Part shown: piece by piece, positions 25,933 to 35,062 of the stretch | Position numbering within the stretch: position 1 is the stretch's first letter | Layout: every line of letters starts with the position of its first letter | DNA from: a virus | Lineage: Duplodnaviria > Caudoviricetes | Virus record (IMG/VR): IMGVR_UViG_3300021197_000064 | Coordinates: 1-51,339 of that record | Strand: one strand, 5' to 3' | Length of the DNA stretch: 51,339 bases | The notes under the pieces: model-generated | Told to the model about the DNA's origin: nothing | Database searches by the model: none | The model's input: the letters and a program-made list of their open reading frames with translations, nothing else | Translations under genes and position numbers: made by a program

Positions 25933-25946
25933 GTCCGACATCGGAC
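25933..25946. repeat. Palindrome copy 6
   Basis: AAACC-GTCCGACATCGGAC-ACTT. Confidence 0.95.
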
Positions 25947-25981
25947 ACTTAAACCCCAACAAACTAAAAGGAGATTTTACC

Positions 25982-26386
25982 ATGACATCATTCAACATTG
26001 AGAACACCATCCCATCAGGTACATACTTCAAGCGTTCAACAGGCAAGACAGGACAGGTGATTGCATCGCCAGAGTTTGAAGCCAAGCTGTTGAAAGTAGA
26101 GGCATTGTACCGTGAGTATCATGGCGTAGCTATGGGCCGTGGTAAGTTCTATGACATGGTGCTTGAGCCTACTCGTGAGACAAAGGACGAGGTAGGTGGT
26201 TACATCCAGTACACAGCGGAGGCTGTGGCTGGTATCATTCTGGACAAGGTACACAAGGCACTTGGACAGGCCGTGCGCCGCAAGAACCGCAACAAGCCTA
26301 TCGTTGTGGAGGTGGGTAGCTTCACCATCAGCAACCTGCGTGACCTTGCTCGTAATGGTCGTGGTCGTGCAAAGAAGGTTGCATGA
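25982..26386 (+). CDS. Early hypothetical protein
   Basis: AAGGAG RBS before ATG 25982. Confidence 0.7.
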   Translation: MTSFNIENTIPSGTYFKRSTGKTGQVIASPEFEAKLLKVEALYREYHGVAMGRGKFYDMVLEPTRETKDEVGGYIQYTAEAVAGIILDKVHKALGQAVRRKNRNKPIVVEVGSFTISNLRDLARNGRGRAKKVA

Positions 26387-26568
26387 CCAAGTGGGTTTGC
26401 TATGAATGTGGTGGCACGAATGTGTGGGAACTCTCATGGGTTCGTGCCAACCGCATATCGTGGATGCTAGTCTATGATGAGGATGTATACACAGATGAGT
26501 TGCATCCGAAAAGTAAATGTGATGACTGCAACAAAGAAGTTTTTCTAGTAGAGAAAGGAGACACATAA
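26383..26568 (+). CDS. Zinc-ribbon protein
   Basis: CYECGG...CDDC; ATGA overlap. Confidence 0.6.
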   Translation: MTKWVCYECGGTNVWELSWVRANRISWMLVYDEDVYTDELHPKSKCDDCNKEVFLVEKGDT

Positions 26569-26762
26569 TGTATTGGCAAGTAGGTGTTAAGATTGACAGC
26601 GAGGCTGGACAGGTAAATGTCCATCCCGCCGCACTTGAACAATCAAGGTGGGATAACGCAATGGAACACGCATTGGAAATGGCGCAAGCCTTGTATCCAA
26701 ACAAGCGTATTGAGTTCCTGTACATCAAGGAATATGAAACAAGCCAAGAGGGACACTGCTAA
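26568..26762 (+). CDS. Hypothetical protein
   Basis: AAGGAG RBS; TAATG coupling. Confidence 0.6.
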   Translation: MYWQVGVKIDSEAGQVNVHPAALEQSRWDNAMEHALEMAQALYPNKRIEFLYIKEYETSQEGHC

Positions 26763-27073
26763 TGCCCAAAAGAAGCACAATACCAAACGTAGAAGGCCAT
26801 GAAGATGTCATACAAGATTTCTTTGCTGCCTTCCCAGCTAATCGCAATACATATGAAGCACCAGAGGGTTACACATGGGATACCCACATATACCACCACA
26901 GTCGTAGAGACAGAAAGCGTGGTGGCAATCATGTGTATGCACCCAAAGTGGGCGGCACTTGGTTTGGTGACAAGGTAATTGCCAAGTCGCAGTCTAAGTG
27001 GCACGGCACTGGTGGCAATTATCGTGTATACACAACCATGCTATGCTTGATAAAGGAGGACGCTGATGACTAA
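26762..27073 (+). CDS. Hypothetical protein
   Basis: TAATG coupling; 103 aa. Confidence 0.6.
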   Translation: MPKRSTIPNVEGHEDVIQDFFAAFPANRNTYEAPEGYTWDTHIYHHSRRDRKRGGNHVYAPKVGGTWFGDKVIAKSQSKWHGTGGNYRVYTTMLCLIKEDADD

Positions 27074-27293
27074 ATGGCTCACAAAAGAAGAGAGAATGCA
27101 GATGCACAGTATGCAGGAGGACTACATAGAGATTTTCCACACTAGGACTGAACTGCGTGAGGATAATCCAGAACTGTGGCATAGTATCGTTGACCAGTGG
27201 GAGGCGATTAAGTTTCGTCTTTCAGAGGATGAACATTCAAAGTGCATGAGTACAGCAACGCATACGATAGATGACATAATAGAAGGAGAATAA
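27066..27293 (+). CDS. Hypothetical protein
   Basis: GGAGG RBS. Confidence 0.6.
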   Translation: MTKWLTKEERMQMHSMQEDYIEIFHTRTELREDNPELWHSIVDQWEAIKFRLSEDEHSKCMSTATHTIDDIIEGE

Positions 27294-27295
27294 TT

Positions 27296-27493
27296 ATGAT
27301 TGCACTAATAGTAGTCTTTAGCTTTGCCATGTTCTCACAGGACAATGCAGAGTTTATACAAGACATGAATGACAAGCTGGAATGGGATTGCACGTTTACA
27401 TATGTAGGCAAGCAGGATGCTAGGCCAGACGTGCCACACATTGCAGTGGACAACAAGTATGTATACTTTAGTATGGAGCCATGTGATGAGTAA
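27296..27493 (+). CDS. Hypothetical protein with signal/TM N-terminus
   Basis: AAGGAG RBS. Confidence 0.6.
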   Translation: MIALIVVFSFAMFSQDNAEFIQDMNDKLEWDCTFTYVGKQDARPDVPHIAVDNKYVYFSMEPCDE

Positions 27494-27767
27494 CATATAC
27501 AACTTAATCATGGACAGCAGGTACAACCCACTGCGTCACATACCTGACAACAACACACGGCATCTGGTAATGCAGATGCTGGCGTGGATGTGGTGTATCA
27601 TCTTCAGCATGTGGATGGGTAGCATCGTGGTCTTTGGCATTAGTGCTATTGCCCATGCCCTGCTGATTGCTGGTGTGTTCATCACGGCGGGTGTATTTGA
27701 GACAGCAAGACGCAAGCCCAATTACTTTGGTGGATTGGGTAGAGGCAATGGGGGTGAGCATGAGTGA
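27486..27767 (+). CDS. Membrane protein
   Basis: IMDSRYNPLRHIPD..TRHLVMQMLAWMWCIIFS followed by two TM segments. Confidence 0.7.
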   Translation: MSNIYNLIMDSRYNPLRHIPDNNTRHLVMQMLAWMWCIIFSMWMGSIVVFGISAIAHALLIAGVFITAGVFETARRKPNYFGGLGRGNGGEHE

Positions 27768-27912
27768 ATATAAAATACTGCCTCGCTCTGAAGTTGAGCA
27801 ACTTGTAACAAGTTTTATAGAAGAGAACAAAATATATGCAGAATATGGCAAAGACGCAGAAGGTCTTTTTGTTGTGCATTTTGTAGTTCAAGAGGAGAAT
27901 GAGCATGAGTGA
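27760..27912 (+). CDS. Hypothetical protein
   Basis: MSEYKILPRSEVEQ...; coupled through the repeated junction. Confidence 0.55.
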   Translation: MSEYKILPRSEVEQLVTSFIEENKIYAEYGKDAEGLFVVHFVVQEENEHE

Positions 27913-28192
27913 CAACTACGACAGCGGTTTTGACCTTGTATTATCTGACTATGAACGTAGGGATTTGATTGCTTACTATGAAACTGATTCACTGCCTGAC
28001 TATTTGTCATGTGATGACGAGGATATGTGGTATGGATACCAGATAGGTGACAGGATGTTTGACTTAAATATCTGGACTGACGACATGACAGGTGACATTG
28101 TTTGTGCAGTGTACGAATGTGATTGGATAAATGACAACTGGCAAACTAACTGTCGCCACAGTTGGACGCTAACAGGAGGTGAGCATGAATGA
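27905..28192 (+). CDS. Acidic hypothetical protein
   Basis: AGGAG RBS; WYGYQIGDRMFDLNIW. Confidence 0.6.
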   Translation: MSDNYDSGFDLVLSDYERRDLIAYYETDSLPDYLSCDDEDMWYGYQIGDRMFDLNIWTDDMTGDIVCAVYECDWINDNWQTNCRHSWTLTGGEHE

Positions 28193-28373
28193 TGATGAGA
28201 TAAAGGAGAACCTTAGAGCATATGTTGGTTCATTAGAACATTGGGCCGACTGGTTCAGATGTAGTGACGAGGACTATGCTAGTGAACTTGCCTATCTACT
28301 AGAAGATAAGGCACACGATATCAGTATGTACATTCTAAAAGAGGAGTTTAGCCATGAACAGACAAGCACATAA
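28185..28373 (+). CDS. Acidic hypothetical protein
   Basis: GGAGGT RBS. Confidence 0.55.
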   Translation: MNDDEIKENLRAYVGSLEHWADWFRCSDEDYASELAYLLEDKAHDISMYILKEEFSHEQTST

Positions 28374-28518
28374 ACAACACATTCTTGCTTTGATTGAGGA
28401 GGTGAGACAACTGGAAGCACGTATGCAACCTACCGACACAGGACACATTGCGACTGCAATCAATGTCCTCATGGGTAGGATTGAGGAACTGCTAACCAAA
28501 CTTGTAGAGGAGAAGTGA
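28354..28518 (+). CDS. Small helical protein (54 aa, not in ORF track)
   Basis: GAGGAG RBS; LIEEVRQLEARMQPTDTGHIATAINVL. Confidence 0.6.
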   Translation: MNRQAHKQHILALIEEVRQLEARMQPTDTGHIATAINVLMGRIEELLTKLVEEK

Positions 28519-28519
28519 T

Positions 28520-28768
28520 ATGAAAAGTAAAAAGTGTAAGATAGAACTAGAAGGCCACCAGATTGAACGTCTGCGTAGCATCGTCAATGCTATCAAAGAC
28601 TTCAACATAACTACATCTGATAAGGCATGTATTGATTATGATACCATCCGTGAACTAGATGGTGCTGATGATTTTCTTGCTAGGCATTTCGGTTTGGCCC
28701 AGCCAAGTAACAAAGATTTTGGCACAAGCTGGTATGCAGATTATCAGTGGGATGAGGATGACACTTGA
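28520..28768 (+). CDS. Hypothetical protein
   Basis: GAGGAG RBS. Confidence 0.6.
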   Translation: MKSKKCKIELEGHQIERLRSIVNAIKDFNITTSDKACIDYDTIRELDGADDFLARHFGLAQPSNKDFGTSWYADYQWDEDDT

Positions 28769-28793
28769 CCGATGCTACGTTATATGATATAAC
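28765..28793 (+). promoter_or_regulatory. Sigma70-type promoter of the replication operon
   Basis: TTGACC-N17-TATAAC with TG extension. Confidence 0.65.
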
Positions 28794-28823
28794 TGCATCT
28801 TTACAACCAAAAGGAGAATAGAT

Positions 28824-29651
28824 ATGCCATTAGAATATATCCCTGAGAAACTTGACTTCAAGGTAGACTTTGAACCCACTAGAGTTAGTGACAAGAAGTA
28901 TGTAATCAATCGCAGCACTGGCGAACCCATTGCTATTGTTGGTAAAGACTTCACCTGTGCATCACATGGTGACTTCTTTCGCAGCGTTATGGACGCAGTG
29001 ACAGAGAACCTTTCCTCACATGAGGTGGACGGTGCTAACATTGCATGGCGTGATGCCCATCACAATGGCTGGGCCATGATGGACATGACCTTGCCTAATG
29101 TGAAGGCTAAGATTACTACGCCAAAGCATGAGACTGAAATAGCACAGCGCATCATTGCATTGCATGGTGTGGACGGTACGTGTTCAAACACGGTACTGTT
29201 TGGTGCTATCGACTTCTTCTGCACCAATGGGCAGATACGTGGTGAGCATGACAAGGTACGCCGTAAGAACACCAGCGGGTTCAACCTTGACACATTCATT
29301 GACCAGCTAAACCGTAGCAAGCAGGACTTCTATACACAGTCAGAACGCTTGCAAGGCTGGGCTAACAAGCCTCTGTATGCAGACAATGTGAAGTCTATGC
29401 TTGAGTCTCTCGACAAAGGCAAGTCCAAGCGTATGTTTGAATTGTACAATCAAGAGGCTGGTGTGCGTGGCAACAATGCCTTTGCTCTGTACTCTGCTTT
29501 CACCAACTACGCCACCTATGCTGATGAGCGTAACGGATTCAAGCTGCGTAACACTGGCAAGGATACCGATGCTGTCTCAATGTGGGAGCGTGAAGAAAAG
29601 GTATCTCGCTGGGTAGACAGCAAGCAGTTCAAGGAGTTACTTGCAGCATGA
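28824..29651 (+). CDS. DUF932-family protein
   Basis: AIVGKDF...H.DFF, LHGVDGT, FFCTNG, NAFALYSAFTNYATY. Confidence 0.7.
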   Translation: MPLEYIPEKLDFKVDFEPTRVSDKKYVINRSTGEPIAIVGKDFTCASHGDFFRSVMDAVTENLSSHEVDGANIAWRDAHHNGWAMMDMTLPNVKAKITTPKHETEIAQRIIALHGVDGTCSNTVLFGAIDFFCTNGQIRGEHDKVRRKNTSGFNLDTFIDQLNRSKQDFYTQSERLQGWANKPLYADNVKSMLESLDKGKSKRMFELYNQEAGVRGNNAFALYSAFTNYATYADERNGFKLRNTGKDTDAVSMWEREEKVSRWVDSKQFKELLAA

Positions 29652-30526
29652 GGACTGTCGATGACCTGATACAGAAGTACCTAGTCTCTAACGATTTCAA
29701 TATGTTACGAGACAAGTCTAAGAAAGACTATAGGTACTTTCTGTCTGTCATGTCGGATCAGTTTGGTGATACAGCCTACGACAAAGTGACAAGCAAGCAA
29801 GCTAAACACGCCTACGAAGAATGGGTTGTGCGTGGTATTACGCTTGCGAATCACGTGAGGAACTCATCGTCTAGGTTGTATCACTACGCCATCGACATGG
29901 AGTATGCCACCTTCAATCCATTCGCTAACATTAAACGTAAGACTGCACCACAACGAAAGGTGGTGTGGTCAGAGGATGACGTGCGTCATTTTCTTGACAC
30001 TGCATATAGTTCGTTTGAGTGGCGTAGTATCGGATTGATAGTACAGATGGCATACGAATGGTGTCAAAGATTGGGTGATATGCGCTTGCTTACATGGGAT
30101 AACCTAGATTTGCCTGACAAGAAACTTTACCTTGAGCAATCAAAGAAGAGGGCAGAGGTTACATTACCTATTGAAGATGACCTACACTCTATGCTGATAC
30201 AACAGCAGGAGGACTTTGGTTTTCAACAGTACGTTGCGCCCCGTGTGAGACCCGTCAGGGGCGTGTACGAACCCTATGGCTTGGACAGGCTAGGCAAAGC
30301 AGGACGTGTCGTCATGCGTGAAGCTGGATTGTCTGATGAACTACGACTGATGGACCTACGCCGCACTGGTACTACAGAGATGGTAGAGGCTGGTGTATCT
30401 ATGGGCCAGATCATGTCGGTTACAGGACATACTAACCCACAGTCTGTCAAACCGTACATGAAAAATACATATGCCAGTGCTAATAATGCATTGACAATGC
30501 GTAAATCTCGTGATAAAAGCACTTAA
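29648..30526 (+). CDS. int: Tyrosine recombinase/integrase
   Basis: QRLGDM (R), QSKK (K), MDLRRT (HxxR equivalent), TGH, PY catalytic Tyr. Confidence 0.88.
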   Translation: MRTVDDLIQKYLVSNDFNMLRDKSKKDYRYFLSVMSDQFGDTAYDKVTSKQAKHAYEEWVVRGITLANHVRNSSSRLYHYAIDMEYATFNPFANIKRKTAPQRKVVWSEDDVRHFLDTAYSSFEWRSIGLIVQMAYEWCQRLGDMRLLTWDNLDLPDKKLYLEQSKKRAEVTLPIEDDLHSMLIQQQEDFGFQQYVAPRVRPVRGVYEPYGLDRLGKAGRVVMREAGLSDELRLMDLRRTGTTEMVEAGVSMGQIMSVTGHTNPQSVKPYMKNTYASANNALTMRKSRDKST

Positions 30527-30551
30527 CTGCCGACAAGAAAGGTGTATATAC

Positions 30552-31331
30552 ATGGATAATATATATAACATTGTAAGTGATTTACACGTAGGTGTAGGTG
30601 AAACCCAACGAATGAACTGTCCTATATGCAAAGGACGTAAGACTTTTACTGTGACAAATAGCATGGGCAGTCTTGTGTGGAACTGCTACAAAGCATCGTG
30701 TGATGTAAGTGGTGGCACAAGAGTACACATGGCTGTTGAAGATGTACGCCGTGCATTACATGGTGTAGAGCATTTTGCAGAGGACAAGTTTATCCTGCCC
30801 ACCTACATCACACACAATACGGACAGCCTGTACATCAAACGGTTCTGTGCCACGTGGGGCATAGACAAGGACAGGCTGGGCCTTATGTGGGATGTAAAAG
30901 AAGATCGCCTTGTGTTCCCCGTTAAACACGATGGTGTTATCGTTGATGCCACAGGCAGGTCATTGGGTAAGCGATTACCTAAATGGAAACGATATGGAAA
31001 AAGTGGCTTGCCATACACGTCAGGGTGTGGTAAAGTCGCCGTAGTTGTTGAGGACTGTGTGAGTGCCGCAGTTGTAGGCGAGGATGTAAGGCTTGTCGGG
31101 GTAGCCATGTTGGGTACATCCATGCTTGAATCACACAAGAGGTATCTCTCGCAGTTCTCAACAGCAATCATAGCACTGGACCCCGATGCCCTAAAGAAGA
31201 CGCTATTGATTGCCAAAGAACTTAGAGGACACGTAGCCAACGTGCGTGTACTCAAACTGACGGACGATCTGAAGTACCGTCACCCCGATGACCTAGCTGC
31301 ACTGGCAGCGATAACCAACGAAGGAGACTAA
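30552..31331 (+). CDS. DNA primase (Zn finger + TOPRIM)
   Basis: CPIC...WNCYKASC; VVEDCVSA; ALDPDA. Confidence 0.85.
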   Translation: MDNIYNIVSDLHVGVGETQRMNCPICKGRKTFTVTNSMGSLVWNCYKASCDVSGGTRVHMAVEDVRRALHGVEHFAEDKFILPTYITHNTDSLYIKRFCATWGIDKDRLGLMWDVKEDRLVFPVKHDGVIVDATGRSLGKRLPKWKRYGKSGLPYTSGCGKVAVVVEDCVSAAVVGEDVRLVGVAMLGTSMLESHKRYLSQFSTAIIALDPDALKKTLLIAKELRGHVANVRVLKLTDDLKYRHPDDLAALAAITNEGD

Positions 31332-31332
31332 C

Positions 31333-32556
31333 ATGGAACTATCACTCATCAGAAGCCTGATGGACAAAGACTTCTACGATGACCATCGTGGTTCTAAATG
31401 TCCATCAGAGTTGTTCAGTTCGGACAACAGAAAGATCAAGCAAGCTATCGACACAGCTATGGACAGGTACAATCGCACGGTCACACCCGATGAGATTGAG
31501 GCACTGTTTATATCAGGCAATCCGACATTGACCACTGCACAAAAGCAGGGGTATGCCAGCTTGTTTGCACAGATCAAGAAGGAGACGCCACTGGGTGGCG
31601 ATGTAGCACAGGAGGTTCTATCCAAGCTGTTCCAGCGGGTAGTCGGAGAGAAGGTAGCTGAACTAGGTTTTGATATGGTCAACGGTGACAACCGTTCTCT
31701 TGAAGCCCTGCGTGGGCTGATGGAGAAGTACAATGATGACTTCATCCCTAACATGAATATCGAATGGGAGGACATCAGCATAGAAAGCATCATGGCTGCA
31801 GTCGGAGAAGAGGCACGTTGGAAGTTCAACATCCCCTCTGTAATGCGTAAGCTAGACGGCATCAGCGGCGGTCACTTGATTGAGGTAGGTGCTAGACCTA
31901 ACGTGGGCAAGACCTCGTTCCACGCCTCTCTAATCGCTGGTCCTAACGGGTTTGCACACCAAGGTGCTAACTGTATTATCCTGTGCAACGAAGAGGCTGG
32001 CAAGCGTGTAGCAGAGCGATATCTTAATGCTGCATCTGGCATGTCACGGTATGAGATTGGCGTGAACTTTCAGAAGGCATCTGCTGCTTACTATCCCGTA
32101 TCCAAGAACATCAAGATCAAGGAGTGTCAGGGTCGTGACATGGCGTGGGTTGAGTCTGTAGCCAAGTCGTATAAGCCTGACATTCTTGTGCTTGACATGG
32201 GTGACAAGTTCAGTGCTGGCGGTAACTATGCCAGACCTGATGAAGCACTCAAGGCTTGTGCCATATATGCTAGGCAGATTGCTAAGACATACGACTGTGC
32301 AGTATTCTATATGTCACAGCTATCAGCAGAGGCAGAGGGGCGTACCACACTGAATCAATCCATGATGGAGGGGTCACGTACAGGTAAGGCAGCAGAGGCT
32401 GACCTCATGCTACTGATAGGCAAAGCACCACATGTAGAGGGTGAGGAACAGGAAAGCCCACTACGCCACATTAACGTAGTCAAGAACAAGTTGAACGGCT
32501 GGCATGGCATGGTCAACTGTGACTTAGACTACTTGACAGCGAGGTACGGAGTATGA
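31333..32556 (+). CDS. DnaB-like replicative helicase
   Basis: GARPNVGKT Walker A, LVLD, SQLS, VKNK. Confidence 0.9.
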   Translation: MELSLIRSLMDKDFYDDHRGSKCPSELFSSDNRKIKQAIDTAMDRYNRTVTPDEIEALFISGNPTLTTAQKQGYASLFAQIKKETPLGGDVAQEVLSKLFQRVVGEKVAELGFDMVNGDNRSLEALRGLMEKYNDDFIPNMNIEWEDISIESIMAAVGEEARWKFNIPSVMRKLDGISGGHLIEVGARPNVGKTSFHASLIAGPNGFAHQGANCIILCNEEAGKRVAERYLNAASGMSRYEIGVNFQKASAAYYPVSKNIKIKECQGRDMAWVESVAKSYKPDILVLDMGDKFSAGGNYARPDEALKACAIYARQIAKTYDCAVFYMSQLSAEAEGRTTLNQSMMEGSRTGKAAEADLMLLIGKAPHVEGEEQESPLRHINVVKNKLNGWHGMVNCDLDYLTARYGV

Positions 32557-32996
32557 GGACAAAGCCATTTAACAAAGCATCCTTTGAGAAGTATGACAGG
32601 GCTGCACGTATTCGTACAGGACAGCACCTAACTCTCAAGGGGTACAAGGTAAAGGATCACCCAGACAAGTACGCCCAAGACCTGATAGCTACACAAGATA
32701 ATAATAGCATATGTGTAGAGTGTGAGGTGAAGGTGGTGTGGTCTGGCCCTGACTTCCCATATGAAACGGTGCAGTTGCCACAGCGCAAGCAGAAGTTCTT
32801 CAATGAGCCTACGCTGTTTTACATATGGAATAAACAATTAGATAATGCAGTTACATTCTTGTCGGAAGAGATAAAGGACTTGACGCCAGTGGAAGTACCG
32901 AATAAGTATATAAGCAAAGGCGAATACTTCTATCAGATACCGATGGACTTAGTAACTAAAGTAAAAGTGAGGATTAAAGATGAAGCTAACACTTGA
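32553..32996 (+). CDS. PD-(D/E)xK-like nuclease-fold protein
   Basis: QDLIA...VECEVK motif. Confidence 0.55.
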   Translation: MRTKPFNKASFEKYDRAARIRTGQHLTLKGYKVKDHPDKYAQDLIATQDNNSICVECEVKVVWSGPDFPYETVQLPQRKQKFFNEPTLFYIWNKQLDNAVTFLSEEIKDLTPVEVPNKYISKGEYFYQIPMDLVTKVKVRIKDEANT

Positions 32997-35022
32997 TGTA
33001 GAGAACACCGTCACCAAGCGTGGTGGCAAGCTGCACATGGACCCCTTTGAGACAGACAATACGCTGGTCATGGTGGGTATGTTAAACGATCAGGGTAACA
33101 AAGCTATCGTTACCTTTGACCATAGTGATGAACCAGCTACGGGTTTTGGTAGAGAGATGGTGCAGGATTGGTTAGATCAAGCCACTATACTTATAATGCA
33201 TAACGCAGCGCACGACTTGTTGTGGCTGTGGGAGTCTGGCTTTACGTATGATGGCCCCGTGTTCGACACGATGCTGGCAGAGTATGTGCTACAGCGTGGT
33301 ATCAAAGAGCCACTGTCTCTTGAGGCTTGTGCAGAACGCTATGAGTTAGACACTAAGAAGCAAGACACACTCAAGGAGTATTTCAAGAAGGGTTATTCTA
33401 CCCGTGACATACCCTACGATGAGTTGTGTGAGTACCTATCTGCTGACCTACACGCTACACAGCAACTATCAGATAAGCTGATATACCGCCTCAACACAGA
33501 GGCAGACGCAGGACTCCGTGGTACAGTTGATCTGACTAACGAGGTGGCTGTATGTCTGTCACGTGTTTACCAGCGGGGCTTTACCGTAGACATGGACAAG
33601 CTGGATGAGGTGCGTCAAGAGTTTGAACAGGAGAAGCGTCAACTTATTGACGATCTAAATACCCATGTTCGTAGGCTGATGGGTGACACTCCTATCAACC
33701 TCAATAGTCCAGAGCAGTTGTCTTGGGTTATCTACAGCCGTAAGGTATTGGACAAGCCCTATTGGGGCAACGCCATTGACCCCTACATGGATGAACAAGA
33801 CTTTCGCAGCCTCGTTGCAGCAGGTACAGAACGTGTATACAAAACCAAAGCTAGTCAATGCAAGGAGTGCTATGGCAGTGGTCAGGTTAGAAAGGTAAGG
33901 AAAGATGGAACCCCGTACTCAAGAACTAATAAGTGTCCTACTTGTTCTGGTGATGGTTATCTTCTTACACACAGCCAAACGCTGGCTGGTCTGAAGTTTA
34001 AGCCACCATCAGCCAAGTGGGCTAGTGCCAATGGCTTTAGCACAAGCAAGTCTAATCTTGAACTGCTAGAGAATACAGCCAAGTCTAAAGGCATGACAGA
34101 TGCGGTTGACTTCCTATATAAAGTACGCAGACTATCCGCTGTGGATACCTACCTGTCGTCCTTTGTAGAGGGGATCAGCCTACACACAAAGCCTGACAAT
34201 AGGCTGCACGTGCGTTTACTACAGCACCGCACAGCTACTGGCAGGTTTAGTGGTGCAGACCCTAACATGCAGAACATGCCACGTGGTGGTACGTTCCCCG
34301 TGAAGAAGGTATTCGTATCACGATTCGACAATGGTAAGATAATGGAAGCAGACTTTGCACAGCTAGAGTTTCGCACTGCCGCTTACCTATCACAAGATGG
34401 AGTTGCAATTGAAGAAGTATCTACTGGGTTTGATGTACACGCATACACCGCTGAAGTTATTACTAATGCTGGTCAGCCTACGAGCAGACAGGATGCGAAA
34501 GCGCATACATTTGCGCCCCTCTACGGGGCCACTGGGTTCGGAAGGACGCAAGCAGAAGCATCTTACTACCAACACTTCACAAAGAAGTACACGGGAGTTG
34601 CCGCTTGGCACTCCAAGTTGGCTAAAGAAGCTATCGCAACCCAGAAGATAGCTACACCATCTGGCAGGGAGTTTGCATTTCCTGATGTAGTGCGTAAGCA
34701 TACAGGTAGAGTGTCACACTTTACACAGATCAAGAACTATCCCGTGCAGTCATTCGCTACGGCAGACATTGTGCCACTGGCTTTGTTGCACATAGAAAAA
34801 CTACTTGACGGTATGCAATCATGTGTGGTAAATACTGTACACGATTCAATCGTCATTGATGTTCACCCAGATGAGGAGAGGAGATGTATTGATGTAATAC
34901 AAGAGACTAACAGAGTATTGCCTGACTTGATTACCATACGTTGGGGGTTGGTATTCAATGTTCCACTAGAACTAGAGGCAAAAATTGGCCCCAACTGGCT
35001 TGACACTAAGGATGTGTCGTGA
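32980..35022 (+). CDS. polA: DNA polymerase A with 3'-5' exonuclease and DnaJ-type zinc-finger insertion
   Basis: LDVEN exo I, HNAAHD, ADFAQLEFR (motif A), AKAHTFAPLYG (motif B, Phe at the 762-equivalent position), VHDS (motif C); CKECYGSG...CPTCSGDG. Confidence 0.95.
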   Translation: MKLTLDVENTVTKRGGKLHMDPFETDNTLVMVGMLNDQGNKAIVTFDHSDEPATGFGREMVQDWLDQATILIMHNAAHDLLWLWESGFTYDGPVFDTMLAEYVLQRGIKEPLSLEACAERYELDTKKQDTLKEYFKKGYSTRDIPYDELCEYLSADLHATQQLSDKLIYRLNTEADAGLRGTVDLTNEVAVCLSRVYQRGFTVDMDKLDEVRQEFEQEKRQLIDDLNTHVRRLMGDTPINLNSPEQLSWVIYSRKVLDKPYWGNAIDPYMDEQDFRSLVAAGTERVYKTKASQCKECYGSGQVRKVRKDGTPYSRTNKCPTCSGDGYLLTHSQTLAGLKFKPPSAKWASANGFSTSKSNLELLENTAKSKGMTDAVDFLYKVRRLSAVDTYLSSFVEGISLHTKPDNRLHVRLLQHRTATGRFSGADPNMQNMPRGGTFPVKKVFVSRFDNGKIMEADFAQLEFRTAAYLSQDGVAIEEVSTGFDVHAYTAEVITNAGQPTSRQDAKAHTFAPLYGATGFGRTQAEASYYQHFTKKYTGVAAWHSKLAKEAIATQKIATPSGREFAFPDVVRKHTGRVSHFTQIKNYPVQSFATADIVPLALLHIEKLLDGMQSCVVNTVHDSIVIDVHPDEERRCIDVIQETNRVLPDLITIRWGLVFNVPLELEAKIGPNWLDTKDVS

Positions 35023-35028
35023 TATAAC
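35000..35028 (+). promoter_or_regulatory. Sigma70-type promoter upstream of the SSB gene
   Basis: TTGACA-N17-TATAAC with TG extension, overlapping the polA 3' end. Confidence 0.7.
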
Positions 35029-35062
35029 TATGGATTCAAACTCAAAAGAAGGAGTATAAAAT

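Noticed and set aside
22508-25946. Palindromic repeats as a CRISPR array
   Set aside because: Spacing is irregular (279-1387 bp) and the intervals hold whole genes; the Cas4-like gene is an ordinary phage exonuclease in the replication module.
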